NCBI GenBank assembly: GCA_965214835.1
Contig: CBDCCK010000002.1
Location: 2,528,001-2,592,000 of the forward strand
From: Nitrosopumilaceae archaeon
Lineage (GTDB): Archaea > Thermoproteota > Nitrososphaeria > Nitrososphaerales > Nitrosopumilaceae
Length of the DNA stretch: 64,000 nt
Direction of reading: 5' to 3'
Shown: piece by piece, positions 9,229-20,139 of the stretch
How the letters are laid out: each line of letters starts with the position of its first letter
How positions within the stretch are numbered: position 1 is the stretch's first letter
Notes under the pieces: generated by a model
Seen by the model: only the letters and a program-made list of their open reading frames with translations
Database searches by the model: none
What the model was told of the DNA's origin: nothing
Program-made: the position numbers and the translations under genes

Positions 9229-10671
9229 TTGGACCTAGGAATCTCTGCCCTCAGATACGTCGAAGAGGTAAAGTCGGGAGGCTTTACCGTCGAGGAGTTT
9301 GTCTCTGCAACGCTGGATCACATCAGGAGGCACGAAAGGCTGCACGCCTACCTCAGCGTCGACGAAAAGTCAGTAGAGCGGGCCCGCAGCATAGACAGGA
9401 AAATCAGGGCAGGGGAGCGGGTCGGCGCGTGCTACGGCATGCCCATATCCGTAAAGGACAACATCTGCATCCGCGACACCCCGACGACCTGCGCATCTCG
9501 GGTTCTAGAGGACTATGTGGCGCCGTATGACGCCACGGCAGTCTCAAGGCTTCGATCGGAGGACGCCATATTCGTCGGAAAGACGAACCTTGACGAGTTT
9601 GCCATGGGCCTGACCACCGAGTTTAGCGCCTACGGGCCCAGCCTCAACCCGTGGAATACGGACTGCGTTCCGGGTGGCTCGTCGGGTGGCAGCGCCGTTG
9701 CGGTGGCCGCCAACGAGTGCGCCGCATCCCTGGGATCCGACACGGGGGGCTCTGTCAGAAACCCCGCCAGCTTTTGCGGGGTCGTCGGATACAAGCCGAC
9801 CTACGGTCTGGTAAGCAGGTACGGCCTCATATCGTATGCCAACAGCATAGAGCAGATAGGACCCCTGGCAAGGACCGTCGAGGACGCCGCGTTTCTTCTG
9901 AACGTGATTTCCGGGCAGGATCCCAATGACAACACCACCGTGGATGGCAGGCAGGCAGACTATCTGGACGGAATCGACGCCGGAGTCGAGGGCAAGACGT
10001 TTGGAGTGGTCAGGGAGATGCTGGGCCACGGTGCAGACGGCAGGGTCGTAAGATCGACGAGGCAGGCGGCGGCCAGCCTAGAAAAGATGGGCGCGGCATG
10101 CACGGAGATCTCCCTGGACATGGTGGACTATTCTGTCGCCGCATACTATACGATAACTGCCACCGAGGCCGGAAGCAACCTGGCAAGGTACGACAACCTG
10201 CGCTACGGCTTTGACTTTCCGGTGGAGGGGTACGAGTACAACTCGTACATCTCAAAGGCAAGGAGCCGGTTCGGGCCGGAGGTGACCCGCAGGATGATCC
10301 TGGGTGGGTTCGTCCCGTCTGCAGGACACGCCGGAAGGTACTTTCTCAAGGCCCTGAAGGTGAAAAGCAAGCTGACCCGGGAGGTTGCAGAGGCGTTCAA
10401 GACCGTTGACTTTTTGCTGTCGCCTACCGTGCCCGTCCTGCCCTTCAGGCTGGGCTCAAAGATAGACGATCCCGTGGCGATGTTTCTGGTCGACATCAAC
10501 ACCATCACCGCAAACCTTACGGGCAAGCCCGCCGTCTCCGTGCCCTTTGACGTCATAGACGGCCTGCCCGTCGGGATGCAGATCATGGGACGTGCGATGG
10601 ACGACAAGTCCGTGTTGCAGGCAGCATATGCGCTGCAGGGTGCCGCAAAGCTGCCGGAGGTGCCACTGTGA
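9229..10671 (+). CDS. gatA: Asp/Glu-tRNA amidotransferase subunit A
   Basis: Amidase signature GGSSGGSA, GSDTGGSVRNPA. Confidence 0.97.
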   Translation: MDLGISALRYVEEVKSGGFTVEEFVSATLDHIRRHERLHAYLSVDEKSVERARSIDRKIRAGERVGACYGMPISVKDNICIRDTPTTCASRVLEDYVAPYDATAVSRLRSEDAIFVGKTNLDEFAMGLTTEFSAYGPSLNPWNTDCVPGGSSGGSAVAVAANECAASLGSDTGGSVRNPASFCGVVGYKPTYGLVSRYGLISYANSIEQIGPLARTVEDAAFLLNVISGQDPNDNTTVDGRQADYLDGIDAGVEGKTFGVVREMLGHGADGRVVRSTRQAAASLEKMGAACTEISLDMVDYSVAAYYTITATEAGSNLARYDNLRYGFDFPVEGYEYNSYISKARSRFGPEVTRRMILGGFVPSAGHAGRYFLKALKVKSKLTREVAEAFKTVDFLLSPTVPVLPFRLGSKIDDPVAMFLVDINTITANLTGKPAVSVPFDVIDGLPVGMQIMGRAMDDKSVLQAAYALQGAAKLPEVPL

Positions 10672-12077
10672 CCAGGATCGGACTGGAGATCCACTGCCAG
10701 CTGACCAGCCTCAACAGCAAGCTGTTCTGCCCGTGCAAGGCAGACTACCGGGGCTGTGGGCCCAACACGAACGTCTGCCCAATCTGCCTGGGGCTTCCCG
10801 GTACCCTGCCCCGGCTGAACAGGGAGGCAGTCAAAAAGGCCATAGCCATAGCCGGGGCGCTAGGCTGCGCGACCCCAGAGAGGATTGCGTTTTTTAGGAA
10901 GAACTACTTTTATCCGGATCTTCCAAAGAACTTCCAGATTACCCAGCTGAACGCCTACGGGGATGCCAGCATCGGCGGCAGTGGCAGGGTGTCTGTGGGG
11001 GACCGCAAGATCCGAATCCGCAGGGTTCAGCTCGAGGAGGATCCCGGGCGGCTGGTTTACGAGGGCGCCTCTGAGAAGACCCGGATTACGCTGGTCGACT
11101 ATAACCGCGCGGGCACTCCGCTAGTCGAGATTGTCACAGAGCCCGACTTTGAGGATCCGCGCGAGGTTCGGCTGTTCCTCAACATCCTGTCTGACCTGCT
11201 GGAAAACCTCGGGGTCTCGGATCCGGGACTGGAGGGGGCCATGAGGGCAGACGGCAACGTCTCAATCGAGGGCGGGCCCAAGGTCGAAATCAAGAACATC
11301 AGCTCCTTTCATGACCTGGAAAAGGCGCTGGACTACGAGCTGGTCAGGCAGGGCAGCCTCGCCTCCAGGGGCATTGCCGTCGACCAGGAGACGCGCCACT
11401 GGGACGAGGGGCGAAAGGTCACGGTTCCGGCAAGAGGCAAGGAGGAGGACATGGACTATAGGTACTTTCTGGAGGGCGACATTCCATGGATATCCATTGA
11501 TCCGGGCACGCTGGAAAGAATCCGGGAGGACATGCCGGAGAGCATAAGCTCCAGAAAGGAGAGGTACGTATCAGACTATGGCATCGCCCCCCAGGTCGCC
11601 GACGTGCTGTCCTCGGACAGGTTCTACTCGGATCTGTTTGAAAGGTCGCACAGCAGGGAGAATGCAAAGGAGATTGCCAACATGATTACCACCGACGTCA
11701 TGGGCCTGGTGGACACGAAGGAAAAGCGCAAAGAGTCAAAGCTTGCCCCCGCGCACCTCTCTGAGCTGGCCACAGCCATGAGGCAAAACTCGATCTCCAG
11801 AAGCTCCGCAAAGCGTGCGCTCTACGAGATGGTCATGACGGGCGAGTCGCTGGGGGACATAGTAAGGAGGCTGAACCTGGGAGGCGTATCGGATGCCTCG
11901 GAGCTAGAAAGGATGGTATCCGAGGTGGTCTCAGAGGAGCCCGAGGCAGTAGAGGGGGTAAAATCCAACCCGCAGGCGATAAACTACCTAGTGGGACAGG
12001 TCATGAAAAAAAGCGGCGGAAGGGCCGATCCAAAGGCGACGCTGGATCTGCTCAAGGAGAGGATTTCAGATCCATGA
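10668..12077 (+). CDS. gatB: Asp/Glu-tRNA amidotransferase subunit B
   Basis: IGLEIHCQL, RKNYFYPDLPK, DYNRAGTPLVEIVTEP, Yqey-like tail. Confidence 0.97.
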   Translation: MTRIGLEIHCQLTSLNSKLFCPCKADYRGCGPNTNVCPICLGLPGTLPRLNREAVKKAIAIAGALGCATPERIAFFRKNYFYPDLPKNFQITQLNAYGDASIGGSGRVSVGDRKIRIRRVQLEEDPGRLVYEGASEKTRITLVDYNRAGTPLVEIVTEPDFEDPREVRLFLNILSDLLENLGVSDPGLEGAMRADGNVSIEGGPKVEIKNISSFHDLEKALDYELVRQGSLASRGIAVDQETRHWDEGRKVTVPARGKEEDMDYRYFLEGDIPWISIDPGTLERIREDMPESISSRKERYVSDYGIAPQVADVLSSDRFYSDLFERSHSRENAKEIANMITTDVMGLVDTKEKRKESKLAPAHLSELATAMRQNSISRSSAKRALYEMVMTGESLGDIVRRLNLGGVSDASELERMVSEVVSEEPEAVEGVKSNPQAINYLVGQVMKKSGGRADPKATLDLLKERISDP

Positions 12078-12258
12078 TCGACTTTGCCGGACTGAGCCCG
12101 GAGGAAAGGGAGGTCGTCTCCGTCGTGGCAAGGCTTGAGGCGGTACTGCCTGAGGCGCCTGATGCGCACTCCCTAGAGGACATCAAGGCAAGGGCGGGAG
12201 AGGCGCTGACCGGCTACCGGGGTTGTCGCCTAATTCATCAGAATTCCTGAAAACCATT

Positions 12259-13976
12259 AGACCTTATGCGTAATCGACCGGATCGAAATATTCCGACGGT
12301 GGCCGGCCATACATGCAAGGCTGACGGCATCACATGACGTGTATGAGGGCGGCAGAGTCCGTATATAGTGCAGCTACGAGCCATTACAGCTGGTAAAAAC
12401 TACAGTATAGTGCGGCATCGTGTGGCGCCGCAATGCGCTCCGTATCGTGGTATCAGAACCCATGCATGAGCTTCTTGTTCCGCTTGTCCCACAGCAGCCT
12501 AAAGTTGGCAAGCCCGGCCGTCACCTGGAACTCCCTGTCGAACTCCTCGGCGGTCCCGTCGTACGGATCACGCATCCGCTTGTACTGCTTTATCCGTCCT
12601 ATGGCGTGCTCTACTGTCACCCTCTTGCTGCTTATCCTCCTGTTCTGCGCTTTCTGTTTCTTTGTAAGCTTGCCTTTCCTTGGCTTCTTGTCGGGCTGCA
12701 CGGATGTGGCCCCGGGATACACCTCCTCGATTCCCATGTATCCCAGATCAGAGAACATCTTTACCTTCTCGTCCTCGGGGTGCTTTCTGTTGCTGCGCAT
12801 CCTGGCAGTCAGGATTCCCAGATCCGGTGGGTTGTTCTTTATCATGGTGAGGTCGTGCGTGCTTCCGGGCGCCGACTTGCTTGCATACATCGCCAGTCCC
12901 TTCTTGTCGGCAATCACCTGGGTGTTGCGCGTAAAGCTCTTCTTCTTGCCAGAGTATGCCTCCTTTCTTGGCTCCTTGTCTGTGGGGCGCTGTATGTCGA
13001 TGTGCGTGCCGTCTACAATCACGGTCAGATCCGGGACGATCTTCTTGACTTCCTTGATCGTGCGGGCGTTTTGTATCTTTCGCGATACGGCGTCCGGCGT
13101 GGGCAGTATCTTGGTGAATATCATGTCGCAATACCTGAGGTACCTGCATACGGTGCTCTGGTCTATGCCAAAGAATGCCGCAAGCTGCTCCTGTGTCGGG
13201 TTTCCGTACTTGCGCATCAGCGACATCAGCAGGGCGTGGCGGTAGGACAGCTTGCACCGGTTTCCGGGCAAGTTGTCCTCGTCTTCTGAGAACAGGGGGC
13301 CTTCTGTGTGCTTTTTGGCAAGCTTCGTAAACCGGTCATATATGTAGTCAAACTGGCGGAGGTTCATCGACGTGGTGGGCTGCAGGGACCCGCCACCGAT
13401 TATGTCATCGAGCACCTCGAGCCTGTGCATGAGGGCGGCGTTGTCCGCGGAGCGCCTGTCGTCATCCCAGGTTGCGGGCCACATCCGGCGCTCGGCGTCC
13501 AGCTGCTGTTCCAGCTGCCCTATCCTCTCCTGATCCCGCTCCTGCCTCCTGCCGTCCTGCCTGCTCTTCTTCTCGTACTCTCTGATCTCCTTCCTGTACT
13601 GCATCCTCTCCGTCCTGTCCCGCGCCTTCTCCTTCCTGTCCTGCCTGCTCTTCTTCTCGTGCCTCTTGATCCTCTTCTCATACTTCTTGATCTTCTTTTT
13701 GTCCCGCGCCTTCTCCTTCCTGTCCTGTACCTTCTCCTTCTCGTACTGCTCGATTCTCTTCTTCAGCAGTCGTATCTGCTCGGTCTCGGACTTTGCCATT
13801 ACTCTTATGCGAGAATGGATCCCGGATCTAAATCAATCGTCTGAAAATAGTTGTGGTTTTGATCAAATATTTTCAACGTTGTAAGGTACAGTCGCGCGTG
13901 CGCCGGCCCTGACTTGCCTCATTTGTAGCCCGTGCGCCGGGGGCATCGCCGCTAATTTCGTTTACGCATAAGGTCT
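12259..13976 (-). mobile_element. IS5-family element, putative autonomous partner of MITE families A/B
   Basis: AGACCTTATGCGTAA / TTACGCATAAGGTCT IRs, 3-bp TSD ATT. Confidence 0.9.
12453..13799 (-). CDS. IS5-family (DDE_Tnp_4) transposase with repetitive coiled-coil N-terminus
   Basis: IVDGTHIDIQRP, YSGKKK, SDLGYMG, RVTVEHAIGRIKQY. Confidence 0.9.
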   Translation of the reverse strand: MAKSETEQIRLLKKRIEQYEKEKVQDRKEKARDKKKIKKYEKRIKRHEKKSRQDRKEKARDRTERMQYRKEIREYEKKSRQDGRRQERDQERIGQLEQQLDAERRMWPATWDDDRRSADNAALMHRLEVLDDIIGGGSLQPTTSMNLRQFDYIYDRFTKLAKKHTEGPLFSEDEDNLPGNRCKLSYRHALLMSLMRKYGNPTQEQLAAFFGIDQSTVCRYLRYCDMIFTKILPTPDAVSRKIQNARTIKEVKKIVPDLTVIVDGTHIDIQRPTDKEPRKEAYSGKKKSFTRNTQVIADKKGLAMYASKSAPGSTHDLTMIKNNPPDLGILTARMRSNRKHPEDEKVKMFSDLGYMGIEEVYPGATSVQPDKKPRKGKLTKKQKAQNRRISSKRVTVEHAIGRIKQYKRMRDPYDGTAEEFDREFQVTAGLANFRLLWDKRNKKLMHGF

Positions 13977-14339
13977 ATTGAGTTGCCATATGGATCAGGC
14001 GTGTAAAAGGGCGGGAATTCAGAAAAACGTGCAGATTGAGTCAAATAAGTGGAATTAGGCGACAACCCCCCGGCTACCACAAGGATCACACGCAGATGAC
14101 AAGCTCCGGATGGTTCAAAAGGTTCGAGGATGCCGGAATCACCGAGGAGGAGGGAAAGTCCGCAATCTCCTGCGCAAGAAGAATCGGCATCGACATAGGA
14201 TAGGCACAGGCCGCCTTTGTGCCTGCCTTGCAGGTACCCACGGGCACCTGCCGTGATCCCCCGGTGGATCCACCCGGCTGCTGTGGGCCCCAGCGCCTCC
14301 CGGACTTAGATTTTTTAGCCCGGGCTCTTTTACAGTATC

Positions 14340-16265
14340 ATGTCGTTTGAGTTTGTCCCGACAGAGGAGCAGGCAAAAAACTCAAACATATACCGCTTTA
14401 TGCAAAAACACGGCATAGCGACGCTGGACGAGCTGTCAGAAAGGGCCAGGTCTGACCTGTCCTGGTACTGGGAGGCGGTAAGCGAGGATGTCGGGATTGT
14501 CTGGGACAGGCGGTACTCGAGGGTGCTGGACACCTCGCGTGGGAACGCTTGGCCGGAATGGTTCGTCGGCGGACGCACCAACATTGCAAGATCATCGCTT
14601 GAGAGGTTTGCCGGCAGGACTCCCGAAAAAACGGCATACTGCTTTGTGTCAGAGTCTGGGAGGGAGGCAAGGGTGTCGTATTCCGAGCTGAACCGGGAGG
14701 TGAGCATGCTGGCCAACGCCCTGAGGGGCCTGGGGATAAAAAAGGGGGACGTGGTGGGCATCTTCATGCCGATGATGAGGGAGGCATTCGCCGCGATACT
14801 GGCATGTGCCAAGATCGGCGCCGTCCAGACGGTGATTTTTTCAGGATACAGCTCGGACTCGCTTCACACCAGGCTGCGCGACTGTGGGGCAAGGGTGCTG
14901 TTCACAAGCGACGGGTTCAGGCGACGGGGCAGGAACGTATCACAGAAGGACGCCGTACTGGACGCAATAAAAAACACCGCAGTCGAGAGGGTCATCGTTG
15001 CAGAGTATGAGGGCATAGACTCCCATGACCGGCCCGACTTTGTCTCGTATTCCGAGCTGATCTCCGGACAGCCAGAGACATGCGAGTCCGTGGCCATGGA
15101 CTCGGGGGATCCGCTATTCATCCTGTACACGTCGGGCACCACCGGGAGTCCCAAGGGAGTCGTGCACTCTCATGGCGGCTTTTCTGTGTTTGCAGGGCAC
15201 CAGGCCGCATACCCGATAGACCTTACGCCTGATGATGTCCTGTTCTGGCCTGCAGACATTGGGTGGATAACGGGACTGGTGTGGAACGTCTACGGGATGC
15301 TGATGATGGGCGGAACCGCTGTTCTCTATGACGGGGCGCTGGACCACCCCGATCATTGTAGAGTCTGGAGGCTGCTGGAAAAGCACAATGTGACAATCTT
15401 TGGAATATCGCCGACTGCGGTACGGATGTTCAAAAAGAACAACGTCGAGCCCAGAGCGCTTGCAGACTTGGGCAGGATCAAGAACATGCCGACGACGGGG
15501 GAGCCCATCGACGAGGATTCCTGGCACTGGCTGTTTGAGAAGGTAGGCGGCAGGAAAATCCCGATCATGAACCTGTCGGGGGGTACGGAGATTGGCGGCG
15601 CAATGCTTTCGGTGTTTCCGGGCATGAGGCTCAAGCCATGCACGGTGGGAATCCCGTGTCCCGGCATCGATCTGGATGTCCTTGACGACGAGCAAAGGCC
15701 GGTCAGCAATGAAAAGGGATACCTGGTGATAAAGTCGCCGTGGCCTGCGATGACCAGGGGCCTGCTAAATGACAACCAAAGGTACCTGGATACGTACTGG
15801 TCGAGGTTTGATGATGCCTGGTTTCACGGCGACTATGTCCTGCGCGACGGGGACGGGCTGTGGTACATGCTGGGACGCGTAGATGACGTCATCAACGTAT
15901 CAGGACACAGGCTGAGCACCGCGGAGATAGAGCAGGCAGTAATCGCGCATGAGAAGGTCTCCGATGCGGCGTCGATCTCCATACATGATGAGATCACCGG
16001 GGAGGCCATCGTGGTCTATGTCGTGCCCGAGGATCGGTTCAGAGACGACGACATCGGCGGCGAGATCACAAGGCACGTGTCTGAGACAATCGGAAAGCTC
16101 GCCCGCCCAAAGCACGTCTGCGTGGTATCGGATCTGCCAAAAACAAGAACCGGCAAGATCATGAGGAGGCTGCTCAAGGCAAAGGCTTCAGGCAGGCCCC
16201 TCGGAGACACGTCGTCGCTGGACAACCCGGGCGTGCTAGACGAAATCCCGAGGCTGGGTCGATAA
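14340..16265 (+). CDS. AMP-forming acetyl-/acyl-CoA synthetase
   Basis: ILYTSGTTGSPKG, GRVDDVINVSGHRLSTAEIE, LPKTRTGKIMRR. Confidence 0.92.
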   Translation: MSFEFVPTEEQAKNSNIYRFMQKHGIATLDELSERARSDLSWYWEAVSEDVGIVWDRRYSRVLDTSRGNAWPEWFVGGRTNIARSSLERFAGRTPEKTAYCFVSESGREARVSYSELNREVSMLANALRGLGIKKGDVVGIFMPMMREAFAAILACAKIGAVQTVIFSGYSSDSLHTRLRDCGARVLFTSDGFRRRGRNVSQKDAVLDAIKNTAVERVIVAEYEGIDSHDRPDFVSYSELISGQPETCESVAMDSGDPLFILYTSGTTGSPKGVVHSHGGFSVFAGHQAAYPIDLTPDDVLFWPADIGWITGLVWNVYGMLMMGGTAVLYDGALDHPDHCRVWRLLEKHNVTIFGISPTAVRMFKKNNVEPRALADLGRIKNMPTTGEPIDEDSWHWLFEKVGGRKIPIMNLSGGTEIGGAMLSVFPGMRLKPCTVGIPCPGIDLDVLDDEQRPVSNEKGYLVIKSPWPAMTRGLLNDNQRYLDTYWSRFDDAWFHGDYVLRDGDGLWYMLGRVDDVINVSGHRLSTAEIEQAVIAHEKVSDAASISIHDEITGEAIVVYVVPEDRFRDDDIGGEITRHVSETIGKLARPKHVCVVSDLPKTRTGKIMRRLLKAKASGRPLGDTSSLDNPGVLDEIPRLGR

Positions 16266-16330
16266 TTTCTCACCCCGCGATACAGTAGTTTTGTCCTGCC
16301 GGGCTTTATTGCAAGCCAAGACTAGACAAT

Positions 16331-17671
16331 GTGAAGCTCCTGGTAGACCAGAACGTAGAGGACATAGAGATGCCAGAGAACCTCAAGCTGAACACGTTCC
16401 TGCAGGAATTTCACTCAAACTGCCCGAGTATCGAGTGCGGCTTTGGATTCTACGGCTTTGCATTCGGCCAGTCGCCGTTTCCGGTGCCGCAGATCATGCA
16501 GAACGCGCTGATGGACAACGCAGGCCAGGGCACGTATGCGCCGGTTGCCGGAATCACCCGGCTGCGCGAGGCAATCTCAAAGTACAACAGGCACTATTTT
16601 GACATCGACGTTGATCCAAGCAGGATCTACGTCGGTCCGGGCACCAAGGAGCTGATCTACAACCTGCTTGAAACATTGCACGGAACCGTCATACTGCCGA
16701 CGCCCGCATGGCTGGGATACCTGCCGCAGATCAGGTTCCTGAGGAAAAACTACCACATGCTGCCTGCTGGCAGCAGCCACAAGATATCCCCAGACGAGCT
16801 GGAAAGGCTGGCGCTGAGGCTGCAGGACAGGCAGAAGATACTGATCCTCAACAACCCTAACAACCCCACGGGCCTAGTCTATGACAGGCTGGAGCTGGAG
16901 GAAATCGCAGACGTCTGCAGAAGGCACAACATCGTGGTGATTTCAGACGAGATTTACGCACAGACGACATATGACTTTAAAAAATTCGTGACGATGGCCA
17001 AGATTTATCCGGAGGGAACCTTTGTCACAAACGGGCTGTCAAAGTCGCACGCCGCCGGAGGATACAGGCTTGGATACGTCATCGTCCCGCAGCATGCAAT
17101 CGAGATGAAGAGGCAGTTCAAGAAGATTCTGGCCGCAGAATACACCGCGGTATCGACGCCGATCCAGCACGCCGCAGTCGCGGGATTTGAGCCCTGCACC
17201 GAGATGGACCAGTATTTTCTGATAACGCGAAAGATCCACGAGATCATGGGGCAGTACGCGTATGACGCGCTAAGCGCAATAGACGGGGTAGCCGCCACAA
17301 GGCCGGAGGCCACGTTTTACCTGCTTGCCGACTTTAACCACTTTGCGCCTGACTTTGAGCGGGCAAGGATCAGGACGGCGCAGAAGCTCTCCGAGTCACT
17401 CATAGTCCACCCGTATCACACCGCAATCGTTGGGGGCGACAGCCTGGTGCTGGAGAGGACCGACTATAGTGCAAGGATCGCCTTTGTCGACTATGACGGC
17501 GCAGGCGCGTATCGCAACTATGTGAAAAACACCCCAAAGACGCGCTCTGAGAGGACGGCGTTTGTTGCAGAAAACGCGCCAAGGCTGGCAAACGGAATCC
17601 GGGCAGTATGCCGCTTTATACATGATCTGCAGCCAGGCAGGTCAAGGGCAGAGATGCTTTTGATTCAATGA
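16331..17671 (+). CDS. PLP-dependent aminotransferase class I/II
   Basis: NNPNNPTG, ISDEIY, NGLSKSHAAGGYRLG. Confidence 0.92.
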   Translation: MKLLVDQNVEDIEMPENLKLNTFLQEFHSNCPSIECGFGFYGFAFGQSPFPVPQIMQNALMDNAGQGTYAPVAGITRLREAISKYNRHYFDIDVDPSRIYVGPGTKELIYNLLETLHGTVILPTPAWLGYLPQIRFLRKNYHMLPAGSSHKISPDELERLALRLQDRQKILILNNPNNPTGLVYDRLELEEIADVCRRHNIVVISDEIYAQTTYDFKKFVTMAKIYPEGTFVTNGLSKSHAAGGYRLGYVIVPQHAIEMKRQFKKILAAEYTAVSTPIQHAAVAGFEPCTEMDQYFLITRKIHEIMGQYAYDALSAIDGVAATRPEATFYLLADFNHFAPDFERARIRTAQKLSESLIVHPYHTAIVGGDSLVLERTDYSARIAFVDYDGAGAYRNYVKNTPKTRSERTAFVAENAPRLANGIRAVCRFIHDLQPGRSRAEMLLIQ

Positions 17672-18017
17672 CTGCCGCCTTGGCGCCTGACCCTTCATGC
17701 CGGGCAACCGTGATTCCTCGCTTGGCGGATCCTGCATAACGCCTGGCTCTACGGCGCGAGGCCGCCTCCCATTGGGCAGCTGGATGCAAATCTGTACACC
17801 ATGTGGTTTTCATGCCTGGCCGGCAGGGTGGCATGAACCCATGCGCGGCCCGGCACCGGATTTTCATCGTAACGACTCGGGCTTGAAGTCTGGGCATGAA
17901 TTCTGTCATCCGAGTATCCCGATCGAGTGTAATCCGTGCCTAAAACCAGGAGTGGCCCTAGTGCGGGCTGTTGTTTTTTACCCCCACTCCTGAATTTTGT
18001 GCCATGTGCTCATATGT

Positions 18018-19082
18018 TGTATTGTACGAAAATTAGGTCGCACTAATTTGAGGAGGGTTGCAAGGGATTACTTTAGGCTTTACCGATCAAGAAAACCGAT
18101 GGTTGCAAGGCTCAAGGCAAAGCAGATCAGATACGCAGTGACGCAGTGTGCAGGGGGACGAAAGCCCTCGGAGGTGGCCCCGGAGATAGGCGTCACGACA
18201 AGGCACGTCCAGCGGACGTATGCCAGGTTCAGGAAGACAGGCGACACGCACCACGTGCCGCTCAAGCCGGGAAGGAAAAGGAGCGCCCCGGTTCCCGACG
18301 TGGCCGTGCGCGCAGTCCTAGAGGAGTACAAACACAGTGCAGTAGGGGTGGTTCATACGGCCAAGAGGCTGCGAAGGCAACTCGATATAAGCTACTACGA
18401 GGTATACAGGATAATGAAAGAAAACGGACTGGTGACGCCATCGGCTGCAAAATCAATGCCCAGAAAATACGTCCGCTTTGAGCGCAAATACTCCAATGCC
18501 ATGTGGCACGTGGACTGGCATACCATGAAGGATCCGCGCTTTGCAGGGCTCAATTTGGTCACGTTTCTGGACGACTCGTCCAGATGCGTGACTGGTGCGG
18601 GCCTGTTCAGGGAGGCCACCTCGGAGAACGTCGTGGCGGTCCTGCGGCAGGCCGTGGCCCAGTTCGGCGCACCTGCTACTATTCTATCAGACAACGGCAA
18701 GTGCTTTGTCGGGACACGCTCGGATCCGAAGAAGAGAAAGAACCCTCCCAAGAAAGGGTGGACGCCGACTGCCTTTGAGGAGGAGCTGCTCAACCTCGGA
18801 ATCGAGCTGATAAACTCCAGGCCGTACCACCCACAGACCAACGGCAAGCTGGAACGCTTCCATCGGAGCATCGAGGAGGAGATATGGAACCACGAGAGCC
18901 TGTCTGCATACATAGGCTACTATAACGAGGACAGGCTGCACTGGTCGCTGGATATAGACAACTACGAGACGCCTCTGCGAGCATTCTGTGACAGGAAGGC
19001 CACAGAAGCGATCAGGAAAAGCAACCCAAAATGGATGGAGGAGGACACCGGTGATGGTGCGACATAATTTTCATATAATACA
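18018..19082 (+). mobile_element. IS481-family element
   Basis: TGT...ACA ends, IRs TGTATTGTACGAAAATTAGGTCGCAC / TGTATTATATGAAAATTATGTCGCAC; no TSD seen. Confidence 0.85.
18099..19067 (+). CDS. IS481-family transposase
   Basis: WHVDW, DDSSR, SDNG, PYHPQTNGKLERFH. Confidence 0.9.
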   Translation: MVARLKAKQIRYAVTQCAGGRKPSEVAPEIGVTTRHVQRTYARFRKTGDTHHVPLKPGRKRSAPVPDVAVRAVLEEYKHSAVGVVHTAKRLRRQLDISYYEVYRIMKENGLVTPSAAKSMPRKYVRFERKYSNAMWHVDWHTMKDPRFAGLNLVTFLDDSSRCVTGAGLFREATSENVVAVLRQAVAQFGAPATILSDNGKCFVGTRSDPKKRKNPPKKGWTPTAFEEELLNLGIELINSRPYHPQTNGKLERFHRSIEEEIWNHESLSAYIGYYNEDRLHWSLDIDNYETPLRAFCDRKATEAIRKSNPKWMEEDTGDGAT

Positions 19083-19189
19083 CCGGGGATTCTAACACCG
19101 GCAACCTTGAATATGATGCCAGTGAGGGCTCATCCAAGTCGTTTACATTTAATTCGGGGCATAGACACCTGAATCCGAAAAAAATCAGG

Positions 19190-19807
19190 GTGAAAATCAT
19201 GCCAAAGGGAATCCCTTTTGAGGTGCTAAAGGCAGTACCGTATCCGCGAGAGCCTGATAAAAGTATGAAGCGTGGTCAAGGTATGGTCATGAATAATCTG
19301 GAACAAGAAGAACTCAGACTGGATACCACAAAACCTGTCAAGTTTGATACGGATGCAGTCGTGGCCATATCCGTAATAGACAGGAACAATCCGGCAATTT
19401 GGGGCGATTATGAGGGAGAACTAGACGAAATTGCCAAGAAGTTTAATATCAAGGTCGATGTTATAGGAGACATGAGTGAGACGGTATCATCGGCTGTGGT
19501 TCCTGTAACATATGAAAGGCTCGGAATTATTATGGAGGGCGACGGCCTGATAAACACAATGAGACATGGTGATCCTGTTCGCAGTGGCGGCGGCCTCCCA
19601 TTCCAATGGATGGCAGATAATTATCGCAGCTGGGGGATGCCCGTATATGTTGTTGACGGGACACTCATTCATACTGACGATGATATGACCCCGGAACAGC
19701 TGGTTCAGCTGTATATTGACAAGGGAATCATCGTCAAGACCACCGGCAAGGCCTCGCGCGGCGGCACGCTTGACATCTACTGGCTCGCAGACAAATACCG
19801 TACCTGA
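19190..19807 (+). CDS. Hypothetical protein
   Basis: 205-aa ORF with globular composition; no recognised motif. Confidence 0.6.
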   Translation: MKIMPKGIPFEVLKAVPYPREPDKSMKRGQGMVMNNLEQEELRLDTTKPVKFDTDAVVAISVIDRNNPAIWGDYEGELDEIAKKFNIKVDVIGDMSETVSSAVVPVTYERLGIIMEGDGLINTMRHGDPVRSGGGLPFQWMADNYRSWGMPVYVVDGTLIHTDDDMTPEQLVQLYIDKGIIVKTTGKASRGGTLDIYWLADKYRT

Positions 19808-20139
19808 CATATAAGCTTGCAGCCGTCTCATTAAAGAAAAACGCCTTTTCCTATAATGGTGAGTCAGTTTGTTATAGATCCCTATAATGAGATGTCAATC
19901 CCTTAAATGATATGGAGGCGGATATGGTGAGATTCTTCCATAGTTAACGCTTCGGTCTGGGAGTGCCCTGCCTTTCCGCCGTACCGGTGCTGGGCACGAT
20001 TTCAGTGTCTGCTGAGTTTAATACAAATCTGTGCTATTGTTTAAAAATTAAATACTAACACCTCTAAATATAGGTGTTGATATATAAATATTATATGATT
20101 GGCACCTTGAATTTGGATGGCATGGTGGAGATATAAAAG

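Larger units (their letters stand above)
12219..14069. mobile_element. MITE family D (GGGGTTGTCGCCTAATTC ends) containing a nested IS5
   Basis: 18-bp perfect IR, 9-bp TSD CCGGCTACC (12210-12218, 14070-14078); uninterrupted sibling at 39167-39296. Confidence 0.88.
12074..14203 (+). pseudogene. Small hypothetical protein (~89 aa) downstream of gatB, interrupted by nested MITE+IS
   Basis: MIDFAGLSPEERE...EALTGY|HKDHTQMTSSGWFKRFEDAGITEEEGKSAISCARRIGIDIG* is in frame after removing 12219-14078; ATGA overlap with the gatB stop. Confidence 0.75.

Noticed and set aside
12420-13844. Long plus-strand ORFs (289, 270, 178 aa)
   Set aside because: Antisense shadows of the IS5 transposase
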